Shown: one piece after another, positions 61,830-64,000 of the stretch
How positions within the stretch are numbered: the first letter of the stretch is position 1
How the letters are laid out: each line of letters begins with the position of its first letter
Origin: Vulcanimicrobiota bacterium
GTDB taxonomy: Bacteria; Vulcanimicrobiota; Vulcanimicrobiia; Vulcanimicrobiales; Vulcanimicrobiaceae
Assembly: GCA_963795855.1 (NCBI GenBank)
Contig: CAWCIZ010000003.1
Location: 544,001-608,000, forward strand
DNA length: 64,000 bases
Direction: 5' to 3'
The notes under the pieces: model-generated
Databases searched by the model: none
The model's input: the letters and a program-made list of their open reading frames with translations, nothing else
What the model was told of the DNA's origin: nothing
Position numbers and translations under genes: made by a program

Positions 61830-63313
61830 GCGACCATTGCCAAGCGTTCCAGTACGGCGACGTCGGCGATGCGCCGCTGCACGATCGATGCAAAACGGCG
61901 GCGCGCCGCCGGATCGTACGTTGCCAAGCCGTTTTCTTCAGCACGGTCCGTCTCGGCGTCGCACAAGCGGCTGATATTGAAGCCATTCGGCGGGATCTGC
62001 GAGCACTCGAGAAACCATTGCGTGTCGGGATCCGCCGTCGTGAAAATCTCGGTAAAAAGCACTTGAAAGTTCCCGCCGAACATCGGTCCGCCGGCCGAGG
62101 CCGGAGCGCGGAACTGTTGCGGCGTATAAGAACGCAACGTGACGTCGATTCCGGCGCTTCGGAGTTGTTGCTGCAACTGCACGCCGATCGATGCCGAGGC
62201 GGCGATGCCGGACTCAAAAGCATATGTGAGTGAAACGCGCCGGCCGGCGAGCACGCGTTTTGCGTCCGCGGGCCGGTAGACCGCCGGCTCCGGCACCGCC
62301 GGATCGTATCCCCAATTGAATAAGCCGCGATTCGCTGCGTTCGTCGTCTGCGTCCCACGCGTCACGTTTCGGACGATCTCGGGCAAATTCAGGGCTTCGA
62401 TGATTGCGTGCCGCGTCGGCAGACTCGCGACCGCTGGATTTGCTACGTTGAAAATCAACGCGCCGAACGCGGCAAAGGGGGCGCGAATAACTTGCACTTT
62501 CGAGATCGATTTGTACTCCGGCAGATGTGCGGGATCCGCGAAGAAATAGGCGCCCACTTCGCCCGTGCGCAGCTGATCGAGGATGGTGTTCGAGTTTGGT
62601 ACGAACTTTAGCGTGATTTGCGCGATCGCCGGCAAACCCCGAAAGTATCCCGCGTTCCTCACCAGCGTCAGATGATCGCCGCGAACCCACTGGACAACGC
62701 GATAGGGCCCGGAGCCGATCGGCTGCGCGTTGAACGGAATGTTGTTGATATTGGCATAGCCGTGCAGCAAGTGCTCGGGCAGGATGCCGTAATTTTGATT
62801 CGGCGCGAAGAACGTTCCCAGAATCGGCGAGTACGGCGCGCGCAGTCGCACGCGAACAGTTGAGGGATCCGGTGCGCTCACCGAAACGATGCGATCGTAC
62901 CCATAGCGCGACTGCACGTTGTTGTTCCGATCCATGATCGCGGCAAACGTGAACGCGACGTCGCGCGCAGTCAGCGGCGCGCCGTCCTGCCACCTCACGT
63001 TTTTGCGCAGGTGATAGATAATCGTGCGCCCGTCCGGGGAAATGCCGCCGTTCGAAAGCGACGGAACCTGCGTGGCGACGTCCGGCTGCAGACGCCCATG
63101 CGCGTCGATCGTCAGCAAATACGAGTAGACGAGCGGAACGATCATCAGGCTTGACGGCCCCTCCAACAAAAGTTGATTGAGGGACTGCGGCTCGCGAGGC
63201 TCAGCAATCACGAGGCGTTCCTCGCCGGTTGCCACGCCGCCCGAATTGCGGCACGAAACGAAGCCGGCGAACACCCCCGCAATCACCAACCATCGCATCG
63301 CCGCTACAAGCAT
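61813..63313 (-). CDS. Peptide ABC transporter substrate-binding protein (3' lesion near 61865)
   Basis: NGGISPDGRTIIYHLR..WQDG, PIGSGPY; C-terminal SPYWNAWQW lies in a different frame ending at 61813. Confidence 0.85.
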
Positions 63314-63534
63314 TTGCACGTCTTCTCTACGACCGTCGCCTGAATCCCGGCCGCACGGAATCGGCGGCGGCGTGCCCTTTCTCACGGCTCCGACCTTGCC
63401 GCTTGCCTCCGGCTCAGGTTTCTTGGGAAAATACGTCGGGCACCGCGAAAGTGACCCGCCCGCGATAGATTGGGCGGTTCGCCGTGCAGGGAGGCACGCT
63501 GAAGCGTGCGGCCTCATAAAAAGGGAAGGCAAGT

Positions 63535-64000
63535 TTGGCCAAGATGATCCAGCGGCCCAGCGGTTTGGGCGCGCAACCGACCGACGAGTTCGTCCACGAG
63601 AAGGAACAGTGGGAGGCGGCCTCCGCCAAGGGCAAGCCGCGCCGCGGTCCCGGGTCGGGCGCGCTCGATCGTACGATTTCGGACCTGCCGCTCAAGACGC
63701 TCTACGGGCCGGAAGACGTCGCGCACCTGGACCTCGCGCACGACTTGAGCTATCCCGGCGGCTATCCATACACGCGCGGTATCCACCCCAACATGTACCG
63801 CGACCGTCTGTGGACGATGCGCCAGTTCGCCGGTTTCGGAAACGCCAAGCAAACCAACGCGCGCTATCATTTTTTGCTCTCGCACGGCCAGCACGGGTTG
63901 TCGGTTGCGTTCGATATGCCGACATTGATGGGCTACGATTCGGATGCGGCGCAGGCGCGCGGCGAAGTCGGCAAATGCGGCGTCGCGATCGACTCGCTCG
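63535..64000 (+). CDS. Methylmalonyl-CoA mutase family, substrate-binding subunit (runs off window end)
   Basis: Manual translation: [29 protein letters not shown]...[17 protein letters not shown]...[11 protein letters not shown]. Confidence 0.95.
   Translation, partial: MAKMIQRPSGLGAQPTDEFVHEKEQWEAASAKGKPRRGPGSGALDRTISDLPLKTLYGPEDVAHLDLAHDLSYPGGYPYTRGIHPNMYRDRLWTMRQFAGFGNAKQTNARYHFLLSHGQHGLSVAFDMPTLMGYDSDAAQARGEVGKCGVAIDSL

Noticed and set aside
63330..63535. Cobalamin riboswitch upstream of the mutase
   Set aside because: No B12-box or GGGAA/GCCCCCGCAACTGT core seen on either strand.

Overview
High-GC bacterial chromosome segment. The gene repertoire suggests a Terrabacteria lineage such as Ca. 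Eremiobacterota/Vulcanimicrobiota; this is inference only. It is mostly housekeeping and metabolic: alr, groES-groEL, hsp20-lon, a selD-glpK-glpD cluster, pheST, infC-rpmI-rplT, rocD, pstS, aceA-aceB, tricorn protease, uppS, meaB and the start of a methylmalonyl-CoA mutase. The standout is a complete 2,954-bp IS1595-family element (4050-7003). It has 30-bp imperfect terminal inverted repeats and an 8-bp target duplication (CGTCCAAA), and lies just upstream of the groESL promoter. Besides the transposase and three small passenger ORFs, it carries a dense set of structured non-coding segments. Two are cloverleaf (tRNA-like) folds, each between its own sigma70-type promoter and a terminator-like hairpin, on the strand opposite the cargo genes. 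Other signals are a UGA-selenocysteine selD with a SECIS-like hairpin, two CIRCE operators, a 34-aa YqzL-like ORF with a terminator before pheS, a possible Arg-rich leader peptide before rocD and a candidate cation riboswitch. Many genes are frameshifted, including essential pheS/pheT, most likely from sequencing or assembly indels, so single-base details need caution.
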